Source of the DNA: an uncultured delta proteobacterium
GTDB lineage: Bacteria > Desulfobacterota > Binatia > Bin18
Assembly: GCA_963733195.1 (NCBI GenBank)
Contig: CAVTCR010000074.1
Span: 106,551 to 170,550 of the forward strand
Length of the DNA: 64,000 bases
Direction: 5' to 3'
Positions 51,801-62,118 of this stretch are shown one piece after another. Every line of letters begins with the position of its first letter. Positions within the stretch are counted from its first letter, which is position 1. The notes below the pieces were generated by a model that searched no databases, had not been told where the DNA came from, and saw only the letters and a program-made list of their open reading frames with translations. The translations under genes and the position numbers were made by a program.

Positions 51801-52071
51801 GCCGAAGCCGAGGCGTGTATTTCTCAAAGCCATCGACATTGCCCGCCAACAACAGGCAAAATCGCTTGAGCTACGTGCGACGATGAGCCTGGTGCGGCTG
51901 CGGCAACACTAGGCTACGCCGCAGGGATCCCGCAGCACGCAACATGTTTCTCGCACGGCGCTTGCCGAAGCATATACCATGTTATCGGAGGTCTACCATT
52001 GGTTCACCGAAGGGTTTGCCATGAAAGATCTGCAGGAGGCAAAAGCGTTGCTCGAAGAATTGAGTCATTGA
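48894..52071 (+). pseudogene. Winged-helix (OmpR/CadC-type) - AAA/STAND ATPase - TPR transcriptional regulator, many frameshifts
   Basis: FIETVPRRGYRF, GxxGIGKT region ~49400, LVLEDLHWSD, GNPLF, YGFVHALYQ, WYEAELYRLKGEL, AKSLELRATMSL, WFTEGF..DLQEAKALL. Confidence 0.88.
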
Positions 52072-52382
52072 CGGATTGGGCCATTTAAACATTGAATCAA
52101 TGATAGCTACTCCCCCTGTCTCGTTCAGGGAGACGGTTGATGGGAGGCCGAGTAGTCTACGGCCTGCCTCCCTGCCACTATAACAAGCGTTACAGTATGG
52201 TGATTGCGGTAGTCATAGCGGTTTGGATCTCACTCGCTGTTAATACCCGATCATAGATCGCAAGTCATCCAGCTGCCCCTGCCACCTTCGGTCGCCTGCG
52301 CCACTGTTGGTTGAGTCCGGTGCTTCAGGCATAGGTTTCTACACCACTGTGAACCGGTAGAATGGGAAGTATGTCACAACAC

Positions 52383-52686
52383 GGTTGTGTCGCAATTCTT
52401 GATGATAAATGAAGTAAGACATCACCATTAGTTTGTTATGCCTTATGCAGCTAGGGAACAGAATTGTTCCGCCGGAGTTTGGCGGTCGTTCCTCGTAGTC
52501 ACTAGTTGTCCCTTGCGGATCGCGTGCATGACCTCGATCCCGGTGAGGGTGCAACGTGCACTCCAGAATGACTGAAAGCCGAGCCTCGGTTTCACTACGC
52601 GCTTTACGGCTCTATGATCTTGCTCTACGAGATTATTAAGATACTTCGATTGTCGAATGACAATGGTCGTCTTGTGGGTGCGGTTG
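52383..52686 (-). mobile_element. IS6-family remnant (3' part of transposase), truncated by copy B
   Basis: YLNNLVEQDHRAVKR..GFQSF..GIEVMHAIRKGQ; IR-like ggttgtgtcgca at 52383. Confidence 0.75.
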
Positions 52687-53572
52687 GATTCTGTCAGGTT
52701 TCGCGCCAGTTGGCGATGGCGGTGGTGGAGAGGAGACTTCGGCCTTGGGATGGTGGTGGAAGATGAACTGCCCGTACTGCCAGTCGACCACAACTACCGA
52801 GCGACCAGAACGCACCAGTGGGCTACCAACGATTTCGCTGTCGTACGTGCCAGCAAGGTTTTAATGAGTGGACAGGCACCCGGTGCAGCCGCTTGCAATA
52901 CCCCACAGATGATGTGGTCTGTTTGGTCGTGCTCTGGCGGGTGCGGTACACATTAAGCTTACGAGATCTTGCCGAAATGTTTCTGGACCGCGGCGTCGTT
53001 TTTACCCAGGAAGCGGTACGAGAATGGGAAGCCAAACTCGCGCCCGTACTGAGTGAAATCCTTCGGAAGCAGCGGCGGGGTCGGGTGGGGCGGAGTTGGT
53101 ATTGCGACGAAACCTATCTCAAAGTGAAACGCGGGAGCCGTGCGGCGGCCAGAGGCATTCTTCCGATCTGCTCGCACTGTTACTGAGGGTCGTGCCGGAC
53201 CGGGTTACGACGGATGGCCATGGCTCATACCCCGGAGCCATCACAGCGGAATTGGGGAAGCCGTGACCCATCGCACGAACCGCTATTTAAATAATCACTT
53301 GGAACAAGATCATCGAGGGATTAAGCAACGGACTCACTCGATGTGTGGATTCAAGAGTTTCGTGTCGGCTGAGCGGTTCTGTCGGGTCTACGATGAGGTG
53401 CGCGCTTTTTTTCGCGCACGATCCCAACGGAATGAATCGGTGTCGTTGGGTTTGCAACGTGCCCTGCATCTTGGTCGGGTGCGCGTGTTCATGGCGAGTT
53501 TAGCGGTTGCCTAAACGTTGATACTAGGCGGGAGGCCTCCCCAATCTCATTGGCTTGAAAGTTGCACCAACC
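52687..53572 (+). mobile_element. IS6-family element copy B (frameshifted transposase ~52763-53514)
   Basis: IRs gattctgtcaggtt / aagttgcaccaacc; DETYLKV, NNHLEQDHRGIKQR; closely similar to copy A. Confidence 0.88.
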
Positions 53573-53622
53573 TTTTCAACTACCCTGCCAGACATCCTTC
53601 CCGCTAAGTCATTGAATTGATT

Positions 53623-53653
53623 AAGGCAGCGACCGGATTCGAACCGGTGAATG
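53623..53653 (-). repeat. tRNA-Cys 3'-end copy 3 (31 bp, 1 mismatch)
   Basis: aaggcagcgaccggattcgaaccggtgaatg. Confidence 0.9.
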
Positions 53654-53717
53654 CAAACAATTACCCTTTTGACTACTGCTTGTTTCCTTTCTCTCTCTAC
53701 GCTAATAGCGTATAAGT

Positions 53718-54428
53718 GTGGAGTTTATCGAAACCCCAGCTTTTACGCGTAAGCTCCCAGCGTACATGAAGGATGAGGAGTACCAACTGCTTCAGCAGTT
53801 TCTGATGGAGAATCCAGATGTTGGAGATGTCATTCCTGACACAGGAGGGCTCCGCAAAGTGCGTTGGCAGGACCCTCGACGCGGGAAAGGCAAACGTGGC
53901 GGATTACGAGTTATTTACTACCACTTGGTCGTGGCGTCGCATCTCTGGTTGCTCACGCTGTACGATAAAGACGAAGCTGACGACCTCACCCCGAAGCAGA
54001 AGAAAGCCTTCCGCCAGTTGGGACAAGAAATCAAAGCGGCCTGGACAAGGACACAACAGCGGACGAAACGTTCGTCTCGCGACGAAGGAATCCACACGAT
54101 GGCACGCAAGAAGCAAAGCAACATTGGAGAAGAGATCCTTGAAGGCTTGCACGCAATCAAAGCCCACTATGAGGGGAAGATAACCCTTCGTACCTACACA
54201 ACAGAGGACAGGCCCTTACCCGCAAGTGGATGCGGAACTTATTCGTCATATCGAGAACGGCTGAACGTATCGCGGCGCGTGTTTGCCCGCCAGTTGCGAG
54301 TCAACGAGCGCACGTTGGAGAAATGGGAGCAAGGACGCGCGAAGCCGAACAAGCAAGCCGCAACGCTCATTCTGCTCACGCGCAAGTTTCCAGATACACT
54401 CAAGCGCTTAGCACAGTTCGCGGCGTAA
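53718..54428 (+). CDS. RelE/HigB-like toxin and HigA-like HTH antitoxin (antitoxin start ~54099) in one open frame
   Basis: FIETPAF, GDVIPDTGGLRKVRW, GKRGGLRVIYY, then RERLNVSRRVFA..TLEKWEQGR. Confidence 0.85.
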   Translation: MEFIETPAFTRKLPAYMKDEEYQLLQQFLMENPDVGDVIPDTGGLRKVRWQDPRRGKGKRGGLRVIYYHLVVASHLWLLTLYDKDEADDLTPKQKKAFRQLGQEIKAAWTRTQQRTKRSSRDEGIHTMARKKQSNIGEEILEGLHAIKAHYEGKITLRTYTTEDRPLPASGCGTYSSYRERLNVSRRVFARQLRVNERTLEKWEQGRAKPNKQAATLILLTRKFPDTLKRLAQFAA

Positions 54429-54443
54429 GAATTGAATTGACGA

Positions 54444-54516
54444 AGGCGGCGACCGGATTCGAACCGGTGAATGGAGGTTTTGCAGACCTCTCCCTTAACC
54501 ACTTGGGTACGCCGCC
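54444..54516 (-). tRNA. tRNA-Cys(GCA)
   Basis: GGCGGCGTACCCAAGTGGTTAAGGGAGAGGTCT-GCA-AAACCTCCATTCACCGGTTCGAATCCGGTCGCCGCCT. Confidence 0.96.
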
Positions 54517-54528
54517 GTAATAAGGAAA

Positions 54529-55643
54529 TCAAGAACTTACGGCAGTTTTGGAAGGTGTCACTCGGGCAACTGTCATTGTTTTTGTCATTGTTTGCGAAAG
54601 CAACGCCTGTTCGAGCCGTTTTGCGGCTTCCTGAAGATCGCTATCAGAGACAATATGGTAGCGGTCAAACACGGACCGGGTTTTGTGTCCAGCCATTTGC
54701 ATGGCGACTCGTTCGGGAATGGCTGCTCTGATCATATTCCGTACTGCTGTCCGTCTGAAGTCGTGCAGGATCTTACCCGGAAGTCCAGCAACTTGGCAAG
54801 CCCGATGCCAAACACGGTCATACTTGGTAATCCGTTTTCCATCTTTGTGGAAAACGTAGGAGATAATTTGCTCGGTCTCTCGCTGGACAGTCAGGGTCGT
54901 TTGCCGCTGCTCCTCTAATAGTGCTCTCAGTCTGGCCAGTCATATAGACCAGCCTTCCCTCTTTATTCTTCGTGCTCCCCATATCGAGACGAATCGTTCC
55001 CGCCTCAAAGTCTACGTTCCGCCATTGCAAGGCAAGCACCTCTGAAGCAAACCGCCATCCGGTCAGATACGCAAATGAGACCGGCGCTCTGAAAGGCTCA
55101 GGAAGATAAGGCAAGATCGTCTGCAACTCTTCCGCCTCAAAGAACCCGCCCGCGGCGGGCTTTCCTCTAGCTTCTTGGGGAATCGTGGCATCCTGACGAG
55201 GAGTTCTGCCTCCAGGGCAAGGTTGAAGCCGCGACGAAGGGTTGACGTTTCCCGGTTAATTTCCGCGTTTGCAGCGCCCTCGGTTTGCCGCCTCGCACGA
55301 AACGCCAGGATGTCAGCAACGGTAATCTCTGAGGCTCGCTTCCCTGCAAAGCACTGCCAAGTGTTTGCGATGCTGGCGAACTTGCTTGACCGTCTTACGA
55401 TTGTTCTCCTGATACTCCCGTTCGACCAAGTCGAGAAGACATTCAAACGTGATCTTGTCGGCCCCTACTACTAATGTTCCTTCCGCCCGTTGACCGAGCT
55501 TGGCTTGCAGCGCCTTGCGGGCTTCCGTCCGGTCTTTTTTCTTAGTCGGACTCCCACACTTGCTTGCCGTTGACGTAGTACGTCATCCACCATGTTTTTC
55601 CCCGTCGATAGACGGAGCCTGAACCATGTTTATATTTGGGCAT
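54529..55643 (-). CDS. Tyrosine recombinase/integrase, frameshifted
   Basis: MPKYKHGSGSVYRRGKTWW, ANAEINRE, YLTGWR, TKNKEGR, LHDFRRTAVRNM, GHKTRSVFDRY. Confidence 0.92.
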
Positions 55644-55669
55644 AATCTGTCCTCCTTTCTGCCCTGACG

Positions 55670-56296
55670 AGCTTAGCTTCTCCGTCGTTTCGCCATGTAG
55701 TCACATGTGTTCCCGCTTGCTTCCTTTCCGTACCATCTCTGTCCCCTTGTAAGTACAGGCAGGCGATAGTAGAGCTGGCGCTTGACCGGCACAAAGAGCT
55801 GTCAGATCGGGCACTGGCGAAACGGAAAAGGTGTATGTTCAGTACCCCTTAGCCGAGGTCCGCGCGCAAGCTATTGCCGGCAGGCGCGTCGTGGCGTTAT
55901 TTAGCACCCCCGATATAAGAGTCCATTCGGCGTCTAGAGCTATGCGCACCGGGACCGGTCGCCCTTCCAGTAACTGGGGGATTTTACTGGTTACGAATTT
56001 CCACACCAAGAGTACAAGCTCCTCGGCACACCATTGACGGACTTGGTCTTCGGACAGCCCTGCGGCAGACCTACGAGAGGAGGTTGAGGGAAGATGTGAT
56101 GCATCTCACGCTGCAAATCTTGAGCGAATTGGCGAATATCGTCATTCGGCTTACACGCGAAAGGAAGAAACACGCGCTCAGTCTCATCTCGCAATTCCAG
56201 CCGCTGCCACTCTTTGAGATCTTGGAACTTTGGGATTGAAGCCAAGCGGCATAGAGGACGGCTCGTTCACGCTGTGCGGTGTCCCATTGTGGTCCT
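55670..56296 (-). pseudogene. Hypothetical protein with C-terminal CxxC...C zinc-finger-like motif (satellite regulator-like), frameshifted
   Basis: Fragments of ORF 55991..56245 and FRQCPI..LFVPVKRQLY..PAC near 55750-55830; boundaries approximate. Confidence 0.4.
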
Positions 56297-56420
56297 TCTT
56301 CTCTCCTTGTGACTCTCTATCTCCGGTTGAATGTTAGCCAATTATTCAATCTCTTCTATATCAATAAATAGTTAACCATAATATATTTTGTTTTTTGAGA
56401 AACTTGCTATACCTACCTGT

Positions 56421-56595
56421 ATGGAAAGATATGTGACCGCAGACGAACTGGCACATTTTTCGGGATCAAGAAACCAACCGTGAGGCTATGGACGCGAAAA
56501 GGGATGCCACACTTGAAGTGCGGACGGCGCCTCGTGCGGTTCCAAATCGAGGCGGTCCAGGGAATGGTTGGCGCAGAAGCAGGGCGCAAAAATGA
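56421..56595 (+). CDS. Excisionase/AlpA-like HTH protein, frameshifted
   Basis: MERYVTADELAHF.GIKKPTVRLWTRKGMPHLKCGRRLVRF. Confidence 0.75.
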
Positions 56596-56684
56596 GGGAG
56601 CGGTGAAGCCTCTTGGGGCCATGACCTCTCGTGCTTTATTTCAGCGCCAGCCGAATCGCAAAGTGCATGAAAGGGGGGTGGAAC

Positions 56685-59452
56685 ATGCGAGCCGCTGAGG
56701 ATGTTGGAATAGACAACCATGCTGACGATATTCACGGCGCGCGAGGTCGTTCGCTGAGGCTCAGTGATCCAGCGCACTTTACGCGTTGGTATTACGGTGA
56801 AGATTGGCATGAATCCTCAGCGCTCTTCTTCTCGATCCACGACAAGGAGCGGAGAACACTCTACTTCACGCAAGAGGAAGCTGTCCGGCCAGACTTTGCC
56901 ACACGGTTGCAGCGCTTCAGCGACAAGAAGAACTCTTACTTCCACGTGTCTCTACATGATCCACAGGCAATAGAGGACGCATGGAAGAAGGATAACCCGA
57001 CCAAGGCGTTTCATCCTGCCTATGCTCGTGGGCGCAGTCAGTCGGCACGCCTCCTGCCGGCGTTATGGGTTGACATTGATATTCAGAGTCCAGTGCACGC
57101 GAGCGCGAACCTTCCCCCTACACTTGCAGATGCCATGTCACTGTTAGAGAGTTTCCCACTTCCTGCTTCACTGGTGTGGCACCAGGCAACGGAATGCAAG
57201 CGTTGTGGATGCTGCGGGAGCCGTGGATACTGAGTGCCGACCCGGACCGAGCGAGGCGCAGACACTCGCCCGGCACTTTATTGAAACCTTCGATGTTCTT
57301 GCCAAGAGGAGTGGGTGGAGCGTAGACCCGACACACGACCTTGCCCGGGTTCTGCGGTCTGCCTGGAACGATGAACTGGAAGCAGCCCGCGAATCCGCTT
57401 CCTGTTCGGATCTTGCGTGACAACCACGAGTCCCGGTACAACCCCAGCGACTTTGAGCCCTATCTGATCGACGTTTCCAAGAGCCGAGCATAAAGCGAAA
57501 GACCGAGAGCAAACTGGCAAGGGGCACGCTCAGGCGCAGATACGAAGAAGAACGCACCGCGATTTTACAGAGTTACGCGATGCGCTACGCGTGATCCCCG
57601 CGGTTGACTACGACACCTGGCTCAAAGTGGGATGGCCCTCCACTCTGTCGACCCTGGCGAGCTGGGGTTCGGTCTCTTTGAGAGTTGGTCGGCCACGTGT
57701 CCAGAGAAATACAGTCCGGAAGCGTGCCACAAGAAGTGGGCGAGTTTCCACAGCCACGAGGACGGCATCACTGAGAAAGACCATCTTCTGGTTAGCGATC
57801 ACGCGAGGATACGCGCCGCATGGCAACGGACACGCCGCCGCGCCTGCGTCCACCCCGGCAGGCTTTGCCGCCGATGGACGCGCCGGCGCGGCGGATTGCC
57901 GTCCCGGCAGGGACGGCACAGACAGTGCGGAGGCGTGGCCTGAGCCCCTAGCACTTCCTTCCGGGCTGCTTCCCGTCCCACGCTTTGCTGAAGCGCTCCT
58001 CCCGAACCTTTGCGTCCGTGGATTAGTGACATTGCCGAGCGGCTCCAGTGTCCACTCGATTTTCCCGCAGTCGGAGCGATCGGAGGACTCGCTGGTGTGG
58101 TAGGGAGGAAAATAGGCATTCGACCAAAGCGCTATGATGATTGGCTCGTGGTCCCCAACCTCTGGGGAGCGATCATCGGACGGCCAGGGATCATGAAGAC
58201 GCCAGCCCTGACGGAAGTGCTCAAGCCGCTGCACCGGCTGCAAATCCAGGCGCGCAAAGACTTCGAGAAGAAGAAACAAGAATGGGGAGCAGACCAACTC
58301 TACGGCAAACTCAAACGCGCAGACAAAGAAAAGGCCGCTAAAGAGGCTCTGAAAGACAGAAAGACCGAGGAGGCGAAGAAGCTTGCCCAGGAAGCGCTCG
58401 CGCCTGACGACAGCCCAGAACCGGTACAGAGACGCTACATTGTCAACGATAGCACGGTGGAAAAACTCGGCGAGATTCTCAAGGAAAATCCACGCGGCGT
58501 GCTGTACTTCCGGGACGAATTAATCGGGTGGTTACGCACGCTCGACCGCGAAGGCCATGAGAACGACCGAGCGTTTTACCTTGAAGCGTGGGACGGGAAA
58601 GGGTCGTATACGTATGATCGTATCGGGCGTGGCACGATTTTTATCGAGTCCGTCTGTGCCTCCATCTTCGGTGGTATTCCCCCCGGCCCGCTTGCTTCCT
58701 ACCTTCGAGCTGCCGTGCATGGGGGAACGCGTGACGACGACGGGTTACTCCAGCGCTTTCAACTCGCTGTGTACCCAGACGATCCTGGGGACTGGATCAA
58801 TGTGGACCGCTGGCCTGATACGACAGCGAAGAACACTGCGTTTGCGTTGTTTGAAAAGCTGGACACGATAGACCCGGCTGTCCTTGGGGGCACTATCGTT
58901 GAGGAAGAACCGGTTCCCTTCCTTCACTTTGCCCCAAGTGCCCAAGGATTTTTTGACGAATGGCGGAGCGATCTTGAACAAAAGATTCGTTCTCGTGATA
59001 TGCATCCAGCCCTTGAAGCGCACCTGGCAAAGTACCGAAGTCTGATGCCTTCGTTGGCTCTTCTCTTCCATCTGCTCGACATCGTTGACGGGAAAGGAGC
59101 AGGCGCGGTATCGGAGCACGCCGCGAAGCGGGCGGCTGGATGGTGTGATTTCTTGGAAGCCCACGCACAACGGATTTATCAAGCCGTAACCCAACATTCC
59201 CTCTTCGCTGCACGGAAACTTGCCGAACGCATTCAGGCAGGCGATCTACCAAATCCCTTCACCTCAGGGACAGTGCTGCAAAAAGGTTGGGCGGGATTGA
59301 TAACGCTGGAGGAGGTACGGGAAGCCGTACTGCTCCTTGAAGAATTGCACTGGGTACGCGGGAAAAAAGGGACTCCCGGAGAACAGGGAGGACGGCCAAG
59401 CTTTCATTATCAGATAAACCCTCGACTGGTACGAAAGAGGGAGGCCGCATGA
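56685..59452 (+). CDS. Primase (RepB/AEP-like) - PriCT-2 - DUF3987 (YfjI-like helicase) replication protein, frameshifted
   Basis: ALWVDID, DLARVLR, DYDTWLKVG(MAL)..WS..PEKY, PNLWGAIIGRPGIMKTP, DSTVEKL, RDELIG, DGLLQRF, GGRPS. Confidence 0.82.
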
Positions 59453-59474
59453 AGTACCTCAACGCGTTCCTGCA

Positions 59475-60047
59475 AGAAGCCGAAAATTCTCCTCCATCCC
59501 TATAGTGAGGTACCGACAAAACCGACAAAACTAGTTTTATCGGTTTTGTCGGGTGCTGCTCCTAGGGATATAGGAAAAAAATCAGCTTCCGAGATGGAGA
59601 AACGCCGTCCCTTCCTTCCTCGTCCTTTGGGGCAGGAAGAGGTGGTTGATCCCTTTCTTGCCTGGGAGGGAGTGTTCAACTGGCTGATTGCGCATCACTC
59701 TGAGCACTTCACTGCGATCTGTGAGGCCAGAAGAGGCCCTTCGGCGCTGGAGGCCCAAGGTGTGACGAACGGGACTGACTACGAAGCTGTGTGTCAAGAA
59801 CTGCTGAGACGCTTTGAAAGGGCACGGCGGCTGAAACTGAGCCACGGGTTCAAGATCTGGCTGCAATAACCACGGGGATCAGTACACGGAAGGAGCACCA
59901 ATGACCGCCCCCATGATCAAGAGTGCTGGCCTCTACGAGAAGCCGAAAATTCTCTCCATCCCTATAGTGAGGTACCGACGAAACCGACAAAACTAGTTTC
60001 ATCGGTTTTGTCGGGTAGGTTTTCTAGAGATGTGGGAAAAAAATCAA
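59475..60047. repeat. ~110-bp direct repeat (59475-59586 / 59938-60047), each copy containing a 40-bp iteron palindrome; putative replication origin
   Basis: ccgacaaaaccgacaaaact-agttttatcggttttgtcgg at 59513-59552 and variant at 59975-60014. Confidence 0.85.
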
Positions 60048-60119
60048 CCAGGGGTTCAAGGTCTGGATGCGGTAACCAACACAACGCCCACTTGAGGTGG
60101 GCAGAAAAAGAGAAGGAAA

Positions 60120-60361
60120 TGGTGACGGAAAAAGTAAGGTATCGCCTGACACTGACCGGGCACATGGACGGCACGCCCTATTTGCTGCTTGAGCCGCGTG
60201 ACAGCGACCTGAGTATTATCAAAGACAGTCCTGCCTGGCTGGGCATCGAATTAAGAGCAGGTACGCCGTTCAAGCAAGCGGAACAGGGGCGGAAAATGCT
60301 GGAAGAAACCATTGAGGGCCTCTCCTACACCCTGATACCTGAGCCCGATGACGCAACATAG
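60120..60361 (+). CDS. Small hypothetical protein
   Basis: AAGGA RBS before ATG 60120; clean 80-aa ORF. Confidence 0.45.
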
Positions 60362-60687
60362 GACAGCAAAAGGCGTTCACACAACGGAAGATTTATGCAG
60401 ATTAAACACATTTTGCCCACGCGCAGAGAGTATCTGAACGGCCGCCGCGAAACATTGGGTGCAAGTCGAATGTGAGACTGGAGAAATCGTCCACCCAACA
60501 TTTGCAACTTTATCTGTGTACCCCTGAGTTTCAACGATGCGTCTGTGAGCAAACGGGGATGCTGTATTTTTGTGAACTAGTGGAACGGAGCATGGCCCCA
60601 ATGGCGAGCCGCCGCATTTGGATGCGCGAAATTGAGCGGTGGATGCAACCGTAGAACAAGGCAGGAATTACGAAAGGACCTTACCCC

Positions 60688-61016
60688 ATGACCACGACCC
60701 TTACTTCCAAACAAGCACGCTTCGTGAGCAATACCTCGTCGATTTTAATGCCGCGCGTGCCGCGCGCGCCGCGGGATACAGCAAGAGAAGCGCCCGCTCC
60801 GTAGGGCAAGAGAACCTGACAAAACCTGACATTCAGGCGGCCATCGCTGAAGGACGCAAGCGACAATTGGAAAGGGTCCGGGTCACCGCCGACCTCGTAT
60901 TAGCGGGCCTCCTCACAGAAGCACAGGGCCAGGGAGCGGACACCACCCCGGCTGCCCGCGTGGCCGCGTGGACCCAGATCGGCAAGCATCTGGCCATGTT
61001 CACGAGACAAAGTTGA
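60688..61016 (+). CDS. Terminase small subunit, frameshifted
   Basis: KQARF..YLVDFNAARAARAAGYS..ARSVGQENLTKPDIQAAI..IGKHLAMF. Confidence 0.88.
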
Positions 61017-61111
61017 GGTGAGCGGCGGCCAAGATGAAGCCTACAAAGAGTTACTGGCGCTCGCGAAGGCGTACAATGCCGAGCTGGCGGCGGCGAACGG
61101 GAACGGCCACA

Positions 61112-61800
61112 ATGGGCCTGTTTGATGCGTTCCCGCCACATCTTGCGCGGATGGCAGAGCAGACGGCGCTGTACATGCGTGACCGCTACGCCTTCCTCAC
61201 AGAATGTGTGTACACCCAAGATGAAGTGGCGAAGGAAGACGAGCGGGTCAAATTGATCCCTGAGAAAGAGTATCTCCGGCTCCTCGTGGAGGAGTGGCAG
61301 ACCGTCTCCCCGCCTCATTATCCCCAAGTCCCGGCGGATGATTATCACCTGGAGTTTGTTGGGTCTCGACTTGTCCGAGGCGATGTTCTCGGAGTTGTCC
61401 CGCATCTTCGTGGTCTCTGACGACCTGGAGAAGTCGGCGATGCTGCTGAATCGCATCCTCTTCATGTATGACCGTATTCCGACCGACAAACTGCCAGTGA
61501 AGCCCAAGCCCGATGTGAAACGCGGCGTGAAAGGATTGCCGGTCTCGATTGCCTTCCCCGACCCTGGGCTCGTCTATTCACGCGCTGTCGCAGAATCCAG
61601 AAGACTTACGGCAAGAGGGCGCAACGCTGATTCACGTCGAGGAGTTTCATATTTGGCAGTGGCCGGAGGAATCCTGGCGGGCGATGCTCCCGACGATTAT
61701 GGGCGGTGGGCGGATCGTCGTGGTGGGGAATGCGCGAGGCGGGACGTTCTTCGAGCGGATGATTAAGGACGAGTTGAATAGGCCAGCGGGAAGAGAATAG
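61112..61800 (+). CDS. Terminase-large-subunit-like ATPase domain (no nuclease domain), frameshifted
   Basis: IIPKSRRMIITW (Walker A-type), GSSIHAL, LRQEGATLIHVEE (Walker B), VVVGNA motif III; stop at 61800. Confidence 0.7.
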
Positions 61801-62118
61801 ACAGTAGGGAAGGAGTGAGAAAAGGAACACAACTAGTGATTGATGGCAGGGGGCGATTCAGCGCCATGCCGGACTGCACGCGAATGGACAGGGACACGAA
61901 AGTCTCCGCATCCAGAAAGCCCGAGAGAGCCGGGAGCGATACCTCTGGATGCTTGATCCCCTCGCGTGGCGGCACCGGCTCTCCCGTGCCCATGTCGCCT
62001 CGTATGGCACCACGATCAATAACCCGGCGTTTCACGGCCGCGTGCTCGTCGTCAGTAATTATTTAGCCGAGCCGCTCCGGCGCACGCTGGAACTATCACT
62101 AAAAGGAGTATCCGACCC

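Noticed and set aside
42072-54487. Repeated 31-45 bp sequence as a CRISPR array
   Set aside because: Copies are tRNA-Cys 3' ends separated by kilobases; no regular spacers and no cas genes.
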